A stretch of 64,000 nt of DNA from Longimicrobiales bacterium (GCA_965203485.1 OZ241892.1:64001-128000), one strand, 5' to 3'. Positions 39,674-48,762 are shown, counted from the first letter of the stretch. Notes: a model not told the origin generated them from the sequence alone. Numbers and translations: made by a program.

Positions 39674-39812
39674 CTCTCCGGACTGGATTTCCCGGCATTG
39701 CAGGCATTTAACAATCAAGGTTTGCACCCTCAAGGCCGTTACCTGCGCCGAATGCGGAGCGGTCGAATACCAACGCACAAGTCGGCATGAGATATGAATT
39801 TGTATGATGGCC
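39674..39812 (+). promoter_or_regulatory. Putative CRISPR leader
   Basis: AT-richer non-coding stretch (gagatatgaatttgtatgat) directly before repeat 1; the degenerate repeat is at the opposite end. Confidence 0.6.
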
Positions 39813-40363
39813 GTGGATTCCCCGGCCCAGCCGGGGGTCAACTGAAGGTGCGATCTCGACACGCCGGAGGCGATGCGCGCCTCCGCGTGGATTCCCCGGC
39901 CCAGCCGGGGGTCAACTGAAGGTCCAGCTTGGCGAGCACGGCGCGCCGCGTCTCGCGCCGTGGATTCCCCGGCCCAGCCGGGGGTCAACTGAAGGAGCGG
40001 GATCAGGTCCTCGATCGGCGACCGGCCGAACGGCGTGGATTCCCCGGCCCAGCCGGGGGTCAACTGAAGGCATTCACGGCGCCAACACCCTCAGCGCCGG
40101 CGGCGCCAGTGGATTCCCCGGCCCAGCCGGGGGTCAACTGAAGGGAGCTGGCGAAGATGAAGCTCGAGGGCGAGCAGCGCGTGGATTCCCCGGCCCAGCC
40201 GGGGGTCAACTGAAGGTCCCTCGGTGTCGATGTCTTCGGTGTTGCGGCCGCTGGTGGATTCCCCGGCCCAGCCGGGGGTCAACTGAAGTAAGTCGCCGCG
40301 CCGGACGCCCGACAGCAGTGCCCGCGGTGGATTCCCCGGGGTCCAGCCGGGGGTCAACTGAAG
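39813..40363 (+). CRISPR. CRISPR array, 8 repeats and 7 spacers (36-39 nt); repeat GTGGATTCCCCGGCCCAGCCGGGGGTCAACTGAAG(G)
   Basis: Repeat starts at 39813, 39887, 39960, 40035, 40109, 40181, 40254, 40327 (last degenerate, +2 nt); hairpin CCCCGGC-CCA-GCCGGGG; TGAAG 3' end as in I-G repeats. Confidence 0.98.
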
Positions 40364-40572
40364 TGCCACCACCTTCCGAACGCGGCGCCGCACCACTTCG
40401 GCATCTGGAGCGAGTGAAGTTGCCTGGTACGGTGGACACGTACGTGGCGGCCACTCGCGCCAAGAGGGAGTCGGCTACGGACAGCGGAGCGAATTCCCGG
40501 GACAGGACGACTACGCCAGCGACCTGTTCGGCTAGGTGCAGCGCACGGTCGCGAGAGCGTAGACGCGCGGCC

Positions 40573-40629
40573 GGACAGCTTGGCGTCCAAGTCTGGACAT
40601 CGCGACGGACATTTCAGGGAGTAGAAATC
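40573..40629 (+). repeat. GGACA-motif family copy near the right end of the island
   Basis: ggaca at 40573, then 40595-40629 ggaca-tcgcgac-ggacatttca-gggagt-agaaatc. Confidence 0.65.
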
Positions 40630-41120
40630 CGTCGAAGCGTTGTCTGGACCGCCTCACCCGACGGACGCGCCCCAGAGTTCCGTTCGCGCCCGGCCACCAG
40701 TTTGTTCGTGTCGGAGGCGCAAGAGGAGCGAGAGATCGAGTGCGGGGCGACGGCGCGAGGGCGGTGCTGAAGTTGTGCTACGCGGCGAACAGCTTCGAGT
40801 TTGGGGAGGCGTTGCCGACGTTGAGGGCGTTGCTGCCCGCGACAGCGCGGCCGCGTGAGGGGCGGGTGGTGTGGGTGCGGAGTCTGATTGATGATCGACC
40901 AAAGAGCAAGGAGGAGGACATGGCAAAGGGTGAAGCAGCTGGACGGCCTGACGTCCGAATCGGACCACGTCTCCCGCGGACGCGCCCTTCACGCATCGCT
41001 ACGAGTTGTGGCAACTGCGGCTGGCGGTCCCGGGAGAGGCGGGGCTTGGTTGACGTCGATCTACAAGCAGGTCGTCGGCGCGACGCCGATGCCCGCGGAC
41101 CGGCTCGTGCGGGAAGACCC

Positions 41121-41882
41121 ATGAGTCCGCCGGGTGCCGATAAGCCTCCCGACGGTCTAGAGCGCGAAGCCGCCCTCGTCACCGGCGGCGCAACCCGCGT
41201 CGGCCGCGCCGTGGCCCTGGGACTGGCCGAAGCGGGCTACGACATCGCGATCAGCTACTGGTCCTCCGGTGTCGAGGCCGCCGAAGTCGAAGCGCGCGCC
41301 GTGGCTTTGGGACGCCGGTGCGTTGCCGTCGAGGCCGACTTGTCGGACGCCGACGGCCCGGCCAAAGTGGCCCAGGCGGTGGCCGCCGAGTTCGGTGCCC
41401 TGAGCCTGCTCGTCAACTCGGCCTCTTCGTTCGCGGCGGCCGACCTTCTCGCCGTGACCCGCAAGGAATGGGACGACGTCATGGCATTGAACCTCCGAGC
41501 GCCGTTCCTGCTTGTGCGCCACACCGCCGACCTGCTGCGTCAAGCCGGCGGCTCCGTCGTCAACATCGTGGACTTGTCGGCCTTCCAGGCATGGGCCGAC
41601 TATCCGCATCACTCCGTCTCGAAAGCAGGGCTCCTCCATCTCACGAAGGTGATGGCCGTGTCGCTCGCCCCCCATGTCCGCGTCAACGCCGTAGCGCCGG
41701 GCCACGTGCTTGCTCCGGCGGACGCCGGCCCGGCGGAGTCCGGGGCCGCGCAACGGCAGGCCCTGCTGGACCGCCCCGGCCGCCCCGAAGACGTCGTTCG
41801 CGCCGTGCTCTACCTGGCCCGCGCCCCGTTCGTCACCGGCGAAGTCATGGTATGCGACGGCGGTCGGCTGGCGCGTCCATAG
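41121..41882 (+). CDS. SDR oxidoreductase (pteridine reductase/FolM-like)
   Basis: LVTGGATRVG, LVNSAS, VNIVD, HSVSK, RVNAVAPG, FVTGEVMVCDGG. Confidence 0.88.
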   Translation: MSPPGADKPPDGLEREAALVTGGATRVGRAVALGLAEAGYDIAISYWSSGVEAAEVEARAVALGRRCVAVEADLSDADGPAKVAQAVAAEFGALSLLVNSASSFAAADLLAVTRKEWDDVMALNLRAPFLLVRHTADLLRQAGGSVVNIVDLSAFQAWADYPHHSVSKAGLLHLTKVMAVSLAPHVRVNAVAPGHVLAPADAGPAESGAAQRQALLDRPGRPEDVVRAVLYLARAPFVTGEVMVCDGGRLARP

Positions 41883-41984
41883 CGCTCGCGGCGATATTCC
41901 CAGCCAAGCTTCCGTTGGGCGCCCGGCCTTGGCGGGGCGGACATTTGGAGCGCTGAAGCGGGTAGGCGCTGGAGGAGAAGACCC

Positions 41985-43538
41985 ATGATCGACAAGCAAC
42001 TGAGAGACGTTTGGCCCCGCCTTCAGGCGAAGAAGCGCCAGATGCGGGACTTCCTTTCGGAGATATCCCTCACGGGCCTTCGCGGGATGGACGGCCTTCG
42101 CGTGATCTTCGACTACCCGGTCAGCGTCATCGCCGGCGGCAATGCCAGCGGCAAGTCCACCGTCTTGTTTGCGGCGGCGTGCGCCTACAAGGTGCCCGGG
42201 GCGGGCGTCAGGGACTTCGTGCCTTCCACGTTGTTCCCCGACTATCGCGCGAAGGCCGGCAACCGCCGGGACGAACGAAGCGAAGTCGTCATGGACTTCG
42301 AATATTCCACGCCTCGGGGCAGGCGCTCCATGCGTTGGCGACGGTCGAAGAGCTGGAACCGGAGCTTCTTCGGCCGCAAGAACGCCCGGCAACCGGAACG
42401 ATCCGTCTATTTGCGGACGCTGGCCAATCTGACCAACCCCGCCGAAGTTCGGGGCGTGCTGGCCATGTCGCATCTTCATGTCCCGCCCGAGGAGACCGCC
42501 CTCACGCCGTGGGAGAGCGATTTCGCACAGCGCATGTTTCCGTTCCGGTACGCGGAAGTGGTGAATCTTTCGAGCGAACGCAAGAGCCTTCTCTTTGCCG
42601 TCCAGGAAGGCGGAGTGAGATATTCCGAGTTGCATATGGCCGCCGGAGAGCGGGCCATCCTTCGGTTGGCGCAAGAGATCGCGCACATGAAGGACGGCTT
42701 GATTCTCATAGATGAAGTGGAGGCGGGACTGCATCCGTGGGTGCAACAACTGCTGATGCTGCAACTGCAAAAGCTGGCATTGCGGAACAGCCTGCAAGTC
42801 ATCGTGACTTCGCACAGTCCGGTCGTGCTGAACGCGGTTCCAGCGACGGGCCGCATTTTCTTGGAGCGCGACGAGAAGGGGCGCGTCTCGGTCGTGGACG
42901 CCTACCGAGACATCGTGCAGAGTGCGCTCTATGGCCGCGCCGCGCACACGCTAAACGTGCTGTGCGAAGACGAAGCCGCCGAAGCAATCTTGAGGGGCGT
43001 GTTGGACGACATCGCATCGCGCGAGGGACTCAACCGGGAATCGATCAAGATCGGCCGGGACACGGGGGCCAGCGAGTTTCCGGGCCATGCGAGCGCCCTC
43101 CGGAAGTTCGGCCAAGTCGAAAACGTGATCTTCGTCCTGGACGGGGACAGGAAAGGCAAGCGCGACGAGGAAGCCATCCGCCGAGCGGCCGGCAGAGACG
43201 TCCCGGTCTTGTTCTTGCCGGGCGCGGCCGGCCCCGAGGCCTGGATCTGGGAACAACTTCGGAAGAACGCCGGCCAGAGCGCCGCCGCGTTCGGCCTCGG
43301 CGCCAACGAACTCGCGCAGAAGATGAGACGTCTCGCCGCGGTCTTCGACGGCACGGACGGCCGTCCGCCGGAGATTGCGAAGCTCAAGATGGTTCGGCTG
43401 GCCGAATCCCTTGATCGCACGGTCGCCGACCTCTGCCGCACGGCAATCGTCATCGAGGCAAGGCGGAAGGAGAGCGACATTCAGCCGTTGATCGCGGACC
43501 TGGCGGAAGCCGTTCACCGCTGGCGTACGGAGATCTGA
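41985..43538 (+). CDS. ABC ATPase with C-terminal TOPRIM-like domain (OLD/AAA_21-like)
   Basis: RBS ggagga; GGNASGKS, MAAGE, LIDEVEAGLHP, TSHS, LCEDE, LDGD. Confidence 0.82.
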   Translation: MIDKQLRDVWPRLQAKKRQMRDFLSEISLTGLRGMDGLRVIFDYPVSVIAGGNASGKSTVLFAAACAYKVPGAGVRDFVPSTLFPDYRAKAGNRRDERSEVVMDFEYSTPRGRRSMRWRRSKSWNRSFFGRKNARQPERSVYLRTLANLTNPAEVRGVLAMSHLHVPPEETALTPWESDFAQRMFPFRYAEVVNLSSERKSLLFAVQEGGVRYSELHMAAGERAILRLAQEIAHMKDGLILIDEVEAGLHPWVQQLLMLQLQKLALRNSLQVIVTSHSPVVLNAVPATGRIFLERDEKGRVSVVDAYRDIVQSALYGRAAHTLNVLCEDEAAEAILRGVLDDIASREGLNRESIKIGRDTGASEFPGHASALRKFGQVENVIFVLDGDRKGKRDEEAIRRAAGRDVPVLFLPGAAGPEAWIWEQLRKNAGQSAAAFGLGANELAQKMRRLAAVFDGTDGRPPEIAKLKMVRLAESLDRTVADLCRTAIVIEARRKESDIQPLIADLAEAVHRWRTEI

Positions 43539-43578
43539 CGCGCCGCTCGGGCGCCGGTGCCTTCGAGCGCCTCGAAAC

Positions 43579-44556
43579 CTATCCGTGCGCCAGGAACCGC
43601 TCCGCCTCCAGGGCGGCCATGCACCCCGTGCCCGCCGCCGAGACGGCCTGCCGGTAGAAGTCGTCCATCACGTCGCCTGCCGCGAAGACGCCGGGCACGT
43701 TCGTCTCCGTTCGCCACGAGACCGGCAGGCGCACGTAGCCGTTGTCCTTGAGGTCGACCTGGCCCTCCAGGAATGCGGTGTTGGGCGTGTGGCCGATCGC
43801 CACGAAGAGGCCGCCGACATCCAAGTTGCTTTCCTCGCCGGTCTCCGTGTCGCGCAGGCGCACGCCCGCGATCTCTTCTTCTCCCAGCACCTCCACCACG
43901 ACCTTGTTCCACAAGAAGCGGATCGCCGGATTGGCCATCGCCCTGTCCTGCATGATCCGCGATGCTCGCAGTTCGGCTCGGCGGTGCACCACAAGCACCT
44001 CGCCCGCGAACTTGGTCATGTAGAGGGCGTCCTCCATGGCGCTGTCGCCCCCTCCCACGACGGCGATCGTCCGTCCGCGAAAGAAGGGCAGCGCCCCGTC
44101 GCACACGGCGCACGCCGACACTCCCCCGCCGCTCCTGGCCAGCCGCTCCTCGCCCGGAGCCCCTAGCCAGCGCGCATTGGCTCCCGTGGCCACGACGACC
44201 GCCTTCGCCCGCACTTCCTTTCCTTCGGACGAGCGCAACACGAAGGGCCGCGCCGACAAGTCCATCCGAACCACGTCCTCGGTCAGCACGCGCGTGTCGA
44301 AGCGCAACGCCTGCTTGCGGAAGTCCGTCATCATGTCGATGCCGCCGACGCCGTCGGGAAAGCCGGGGTAGTTCTCCACGTCGGTGGTGAACATGAGCTG
44401 TCCGCCGGGCACCATCGTCCGGCTGGGCGCGCCCTCGAAGACGAGCGGGGCCAAGTTGGCGCGGGCCGCGTAGATGGCGGCGGTCCAGCCGGCCGGCCCG
44501 GACCCCACGACGACAAGCGACTCCGGGTCGGCGATCTCCGTCTTCGAGGACGACAC
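43579..44556 (-). CDS. trxB: Thioredoxin-disulfide reductase
   Basis: GSGPAG, GGQLMFTTDVENYPGF, CAVCDG, GGGDSAMED, GVFAAGDV. Confidence 0.96.
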   Translation of the reverse strand: MSSSKTEIADPESLVVVGSGPAGWTAAIYAARANLAPLVFEGAPSRTMVPGGQLMFTTDVENYPGFPDGVGGIDMMTDFRKQALRFDTRVLTEDVVRMDLSARPFVLRSSEGKEVRAKAVVVATGANARWLGAPGEERLARSGGGVSACAVCDGALPFFRGRTIAVVGGGDSAMEDALYMTKFAGEVLVVHRRAELRASRIMQDRAMANPAIRFLWNKVVVEVLGEEEIAGVRLRDTETGEESNLDVGGLFVAIGHTPNTAFLEGQVDLKDNGYVRLPVSWRTETNVPGVFAAGDVMDDFYRQAVSAAGTGCMAALEAERFLAHG

Positions 44557-44575
44557 CTAGCCGTCTAGATCCGCG

Positions 44576-45718
44576 CTAGACCCATCCCTTGGCCCGGAAG
44601 TCCCGCAACGTGTCGCAGAAGCGTCCCATGTCCTCGGGCAGGCCGAACGAGAGCCGGCTCCAGTCGAGCATGGGCGGGAAGTCGCGTCCGACGAGGAACC
44701 CGGCTTCGGCCATGCGGTTCCGGTACGTCGCCTGGTCGCCGCTGATCCGGTGCATGAGGAAGTTGGTCTGGGTAGGCATGCGCTCGAGCCCCAGCTCGTC
44801 CAGCGTGGCCTCGACCATCGCGCGGGACTTGCCGTTCACCTCGCGACTCTTCTTTACGAGGGCCTCGTCCCGGAACGACGCGGAGGCCGCCGCCAGCGCG
44901 AACTGGTTGATGTTGTTGCGCGACGCGAAGTCCGAAATGCGGGCGGCCGTGTCCGGATGGGCGACGCCGTAGCCGAGGCGAAGGCCGGCCATGCCGTATA
45001 TCTTGGAGAACGTCTTGACGACGAGGACGTTGCGCTTCTCCTCGATCCAGCGCAGCGAGCTCCACATCCGCTCGTCTTCCACGTACTCGATGTACGCCTC
45101 GTCCGAGAGGAAGAAGACGTGCTCCGGCGCGTCGGCGATCCATGCGTCGATGTCGGCGCTGGGCGTGATCGTCGCGGTCGGGTTGTTGGGGTTGCACAGG
45201 TAGACCAGCGCGGGCCGGCCCGAACTCTCGGCGGCTTCGCGCATCCGGCCCAGGTCGTGCTCGTGCTTGGCGTTGATCGGCACCTTGACGAGTTCGTAGG
45301 ACTCGGTGCGCTGGTAGTTCGTGACGGCCTCGTAGGTGGGGTCCGCCATGACCAGCCGGGCGCGCGGCGCCGCGAACGCCTGCACGGCCATCTGCAGCAC
45401 CTCCGCCGACCCCGTGCCGAGGACGATCTGGCCCTCGGAGACTCCATGGCCCGCCGCCACCTTCGAGACGACGTCGGCGTGCTGGTCCGACGGATAGCGG
45501 TTCGCGAGCTCCATCGCATCGAGCACCGCGTCCTTGGCCGCCGGAGCGATGCCCAGCGGATTCTCGTTCGAGTTGAGCCGCACGCCCCCGCCGGGCATGC
45601 GCCGTCCGCCCCAGACCGAAAGGCCCGCCATTGGCCGCGCCGAGCCGGCCAGCGTTCCGGCCGTGCCCGCTGCGATGCCGGAGAACGCCCCGGCCCTGAT
45701 GAAGTCGCGACGCCGCAT
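44576..45718 (-). CDS. Histidinol-phosphate-aminotransferase-like PLP enzyme with Tat signal
   Basis: MRRRDFI Tat motif; LNSNENP, NPNNPT, DEAY, KTFSKIYGMAGLRLGY. Confidence 0.88.
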   Translation of the reverse strand: MRRRDFIRAGAFSGIAAGTAGTLAGSARPMAGLSVWGGRRMPGGGVRLNSNENPLGIAPAAKDAVLDAMELANRYPSDQHADVVSKVAAGHGVSEGQIVLGTGSAEVLQMAVQAFAAPRARLVMADPTYEAVTNYQRTESYELVKVPINAKHEHDLGRMREAAESSGRPALVYLCNPNNPTATITPSADIDAWIADAPEHVFFLSDEAYIEYVEDERMWSSLRWIEEKRNVLVVKTFSKIYGMAGLRLGYGVAHPDTAARISDFASRNNINQFALAAASASFRDEALVKKSREVNGKSRAMVEATLDELGLERMPTQTNFLMHRISGDQATYRNRMAEAGFLVGRDFPPMLDWSRLSFGLPEDMGRFCDTLRDFRAKGWV

Positions 45719-45851
45719 CCTGTCTTCTCCCGCCTAATGGTGAGTGGTTGATCCCGCGCCGCACAATGTGCAAGGCCGGCGGCCCGCGGGCAAGCTCGGG
45801 CCGAGCGGGGCGCGCATTGGGATGCTTCGAGCCGCGCTTCGTCTCGCCGCC

Positions 45852-47582
45852 TCAGTTCCGCAGCAGATCGTCCCGCTTGCCGGTCATCTCCCACCGTACG
45901 AGCGTCACCGGAACGACGCCGCTGGCGAAGAATTCGTCGAAGAAGCGCCCGACCGAGAACGCGGCGCCTTCCTGGATGGCCCACTCCGCCATCAGCTCCT
46001 CGATCTGGACCTTGCCCGTCAGGTAGCTGGTGCCGTAGCCGGGCTGCTGCAGATAGAGATGCTGCTCGTTGCGCACCAAGTCGGCGTCGGGCAGCCAGCC
46101 CCTGGGCGTCCAGGCGGTGGCGTGCGCAACGGCCTCCTCCATGTCGAAGACGCCCCCGTGGAGGTAGAGGCCGCTGAGCGCGCGCGCCGCTCGTTGCGCC
46201 AGCATGATCCACACCAGCTCCCGCGAGCGCGGACTCTCGGCGAAGAGGCCCGCGTGCATCATCATCTCCTCCATGCCGGTCGCCAGCCCTTCCGAGCGGC
46301 CGTCCCAGATGTTGAAGAGCAGGGGCTCGCTGCGCACCCTGCTGGGGTGGGGCGTCTCGGCCATCGCGGCGAGTTCGATCCAGTGGTGCAGGTGCGTCCG
46401 CATCACCAGGGGATCGCGGTAGTTGACCTCGCTGAAGAAGTTGCGAATCTCGCCCGGGGCGGCGGGCGTGAAGGCGCCGTTCTTGGCGCGCAGCGCGGGC
46501 GCCATCCACGGCTGCACCGTCTGTATGCGGTCCTCGTCCAGGAAGCGCACGTACTCGTCGACGGCGGCGTTCAGGCGGCGGTCGTACTCGTCAGGAGCGG
46601 CGATTCGGGCAAGGGGCGGCAGGTTCCGGTTGCGATGCTCTTCGAGCCGCAGCGAGGAGTGGGCGCGTGCCAGCTCGCGCCGCATCAGGGTCACCTGCTC
46701 CTCCCAGGAGAACGGCGACAAGTGCACGTTGCGCATGTACCAGGTGTAGTTGTCGCGGCCCACGCCGGACGCCCCCTGCTTGGACTCGGCTCGCTCGGCG
46801 ATCCAGTCGTGGAACTCCATCGTCGCCTGCCGGGCGGCGGCGACGGCGTCGTCCAGCGCCGCGCTCGTGCCCGCGACGCGCTCCGCGAACGCGTCGAGGT
46901 CGGACGCTTGGCGGCGGAAGGGCCGCAGTCCGGCCAGCCAGAGGTCGCGCGCGTCTCCGGAGAGGCTGGTCTTGGCCTGGTCGAGCAACGCCGGAACCAG
47001 TGCGATCCGCGAGGCGAGTTCCGCTGCGTCGCTGGGCGGCAACGGATAGCTGTACGTCCACAGATCGATCCAGTCGTGGACGACGGGCCCCTCGTGCGCC
47101 GGCACGTCGCTCTGCGCCGGGAAGATCGAAACGTAGAACGCCGGGTTGCGCTCCCAAGGGCGGCGTATTCGGTGATCGAAGTCGAGGCCGTTCATCTCCG
47201 CCCGGACGAGGTGCCAGTCGATCTGGTGCGCGACCGGCCACGTTTCCGGGTCGAGCGACGCAAGGCGCGCCTGCCACGCCGGCAGCTCCGCGAACTGGGC
47301 CGCCATTGCGTCCCGAGAGTAGTCCGGCACGCCGCCCGCAAGGCGAGGCGCCGCGAACTCGCGCCATTCGGCGAACAGCGCCTCCAGCGCCTCGTGCCCG
47401 CCGCCGCCGTCCGGTTGGCTTGTCGCGCCGCCGCCGCGCGATCCGTCCGCGCAGGCCAAGCTCAAGCTCGACAGCAGGGCAACGAGCGGAGAAGCCGTGC
47501 GCGCCGCCGCGCCCGCCCGCGCGGAAGCGCAACGCCGGCTGGGCGGGAGACGACAACGTCTGCGAGCGAGCAAGTGCGGCAC
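45852..47582 (-). CDS. DUF885-like lipoprotein
   Basis: LSLAC lipobox; EGLATGMEE, YLQQPGYGTSYLTGK, FFDEF..GVVP. Start uncertain. Confidence 0.7.
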   Translation of the reverse strand: MPHLLARRRCRLPPSRRCASARAGAAARTASPLVALLSSLSLACADGSRGGGATSQPDGGGGHEALEALFAEWREFAAPRLAGGVPDYSRDAMAAQFAELPAWQARLASLDPETWPVAHQIDWHLVRAEMNGLDFDHRIRRPWERNPAFYVSIFPAQSDVPAHEGPVVHDWIDLWTYSYPLPPSDAAELASRIALVPALLDQAKTSLSGDARDLWLAGLRPFRRQASDLDAFAERVAGTSAALDDAVAAARQATMEFHDWIAERAESKQGASGVGRDNYTWYMRNVHLSPFSWEEQVTLMRRELARAHSSLRLEEHRNRNLPPLARIAAPDEYDRRLNAAVDEYVRFLDEDRIQTVQPWMAPALRAKNGAFTPAAPGEIRNFFSEVNYRDPLVMRTHLHHWIELAAMAETPHPSRVRSEPLLFNIWDGRSEGLATGMEEMMMHAGLFAESPRSRELVWIMLAQRAARALSGLYLHGGVFDMEEAVAHATAWTPRGWLPDADLVRNEQHLYLQQPGYGTSYLTGKVQIEELMAEWAIQEGAAFSVGRFFDEFFASGVVPVTLVRWEMTGKRDDLLRN

Positions 47583-47790
47583 GGCACGGACTCCGGGCGA
47601 GAAGGGGGAACGAAAGAATTCTTCGGCGATTCTCGATTCTTCGGCGGGAATCGTTGCCGCGCAAGCCGCCGGGCGCCCCATCCGCGGCGCGGCGCGCCCG
47701 GGCCGACTGGCGCGTCGTCTCTTGTGCCCGGCATCTTCCAAGTTTGCCTGCGGCCCGCGTGCGGCGTCCGACCTGGGGGCCGCGGGCTCG

Positions 47791-48762
47791 TTGCCCGCTC
47801 ACGCCCGAATCTCCGAGTACGCCTTGCCCGCAGACCCGCCCCCGCGGCTCCCAGGCCCGTCGGTGTCGGCCGACTGGCTGGCGGCCCGCCTGTCCATGCC
47901 CGGGCTGGTGGTGCTGGACGGCTCCTGGCATCTCCCGACGTTCAGCGGCGGCGACCGGAAGGGGCGGCGGCGCACGGCCGCGACTGCGAGGGACGCGCAC
48001 GAGGAGTTCTTGAAGCGCCGCATTCCGGGTGCGCGCTTTTTCGACATCGACGCCTGCGGCGACGACGCCTCCGGCTTGCCGCACATGCTGCCCTCCCCGA
48101 AGAGGTTTCGCGAATGCACCGCCGAGGTGGGAGCGTCCGACGACTCGGTCGTGGTGGTCTACGACTCGTCGGGGACCAACCTCAGCGCTGCCCGCGTGTG
48201 GTGGATGTTCCGCTGCTTCGGCCACTCGGCCGCAGCCGTGCTGGACGGGGGCCTGGGGCGCTGGCGCCGCTCGGGCTTCCCTACCGAATCGGGCGATCCC
48301 GGCCCCGTGTCCGCTGGGCGGGGAGGCGTCGGCGGCCCGCTCCGTCGCGAGCTGGTGTGCGGCGTGGACGAAGTTGCGCGGGCGGTCGGCGACCCGGACG
48401 TTCAAGTCGTGGACATGCGGCCCGCCGCGCGCTTCTCGGGCGCCGCGCCGGAGCCGAGGAAGGGACTGCGCCGAGGTCACGTGCCGGGGAGCCGCAACGT
48501 CCCCCACGCCGCGCTGGTGGACCGGCAGAGCGGACTGGCCGTCGGGGCTCGGGAGCTCCGGCAGATCCTGGAGGCGGCGGGCGTCGATCCGGCCAAGCGC
48601 CTGCTGTGCACGTGCGGGTCGGGCACGAGCGCCTGCGCCTTCGCGTGGACGCTGGCCCGCGCCGGCTACGGCGACGTCGCGATCTTCGACGGCTCTTGGG
48701 CCGAGTGGGGCGCCCGCCGCGACTTGCCGGTAGAGACGGGACCGGCCGGGCCGAGCGGCTAG
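47791..48762 (+). CDS. Two-domain rhodanese/3-mercaptopyruvate sulfurtransferase
   Basis: VSADWL, RIPGARFFD, PHMLP, AARVWW, VLDGG, GHVPG, CGSG, DGSWAEW. Start uncertain. Confidence 0.9.
   Translation: MPAHARISEYALPADPPPRLPGPSVSADWLAARLSMPGLVVLDGSWHLPTFSGGDRKGRRRTAATARDAHEEFLKRRIPGARFFDIDACGDDASGLPHMLPSPKRFRECTAEVGASDDSVVVVYDSSGTNLSAARVWWMFRCFGHSAAAVLDGGLGRWRRSGFPTESGDPGPVSAGRGGVGGPLRRELVCGVDEVARAVGDPDVQVVDMRPAARFSGAAPEPRKGLRRGHVPGSRNVPHAALVDRQSGLAVGARELRQILEAAGVDPAKRLLCTCGSGTSACAFAWTLARAGYGDVAIFDGSWAEWGARRDLPVETGPAGPSG

Noticed and set aside
39849..39886. Possible self-targeting of spacer 1 to the MTase (ctcgacacgcc at 12811) and its internal 8-bp hairpin
   Set aside because: Only an 11-nt match, expected by chance; the hairpin has no other support.
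39578..40463. ORFs over the CRISPR array with repeated LQLTPGWAGEST / SVDPRLGRGIH
   Set aside because: Translations of the repeats, not genes.
7923..40629. GGACA motifs as integron attC sites or a second CRISPR array
   Set aside because: No RYYYAAC/GTTRRRY ends or long palindromy; not regularly spaced identical repeats.
1357..41120. Integrase, tRNA attachment site, Tn7/CAST genes or prophage explaining the island
   Set aside because: No recombinase, TnsABC/TniQ, tRNA or phage structural gene recognised; Cas3 is present with HD motifs, so not a CAST.
40640..41120. Possible small genes between the array and the SDR gene
   Set aside because: No recognisable motif or consistent frame; the 5' extension of the 40740 ORF is probably not part of the SDR.
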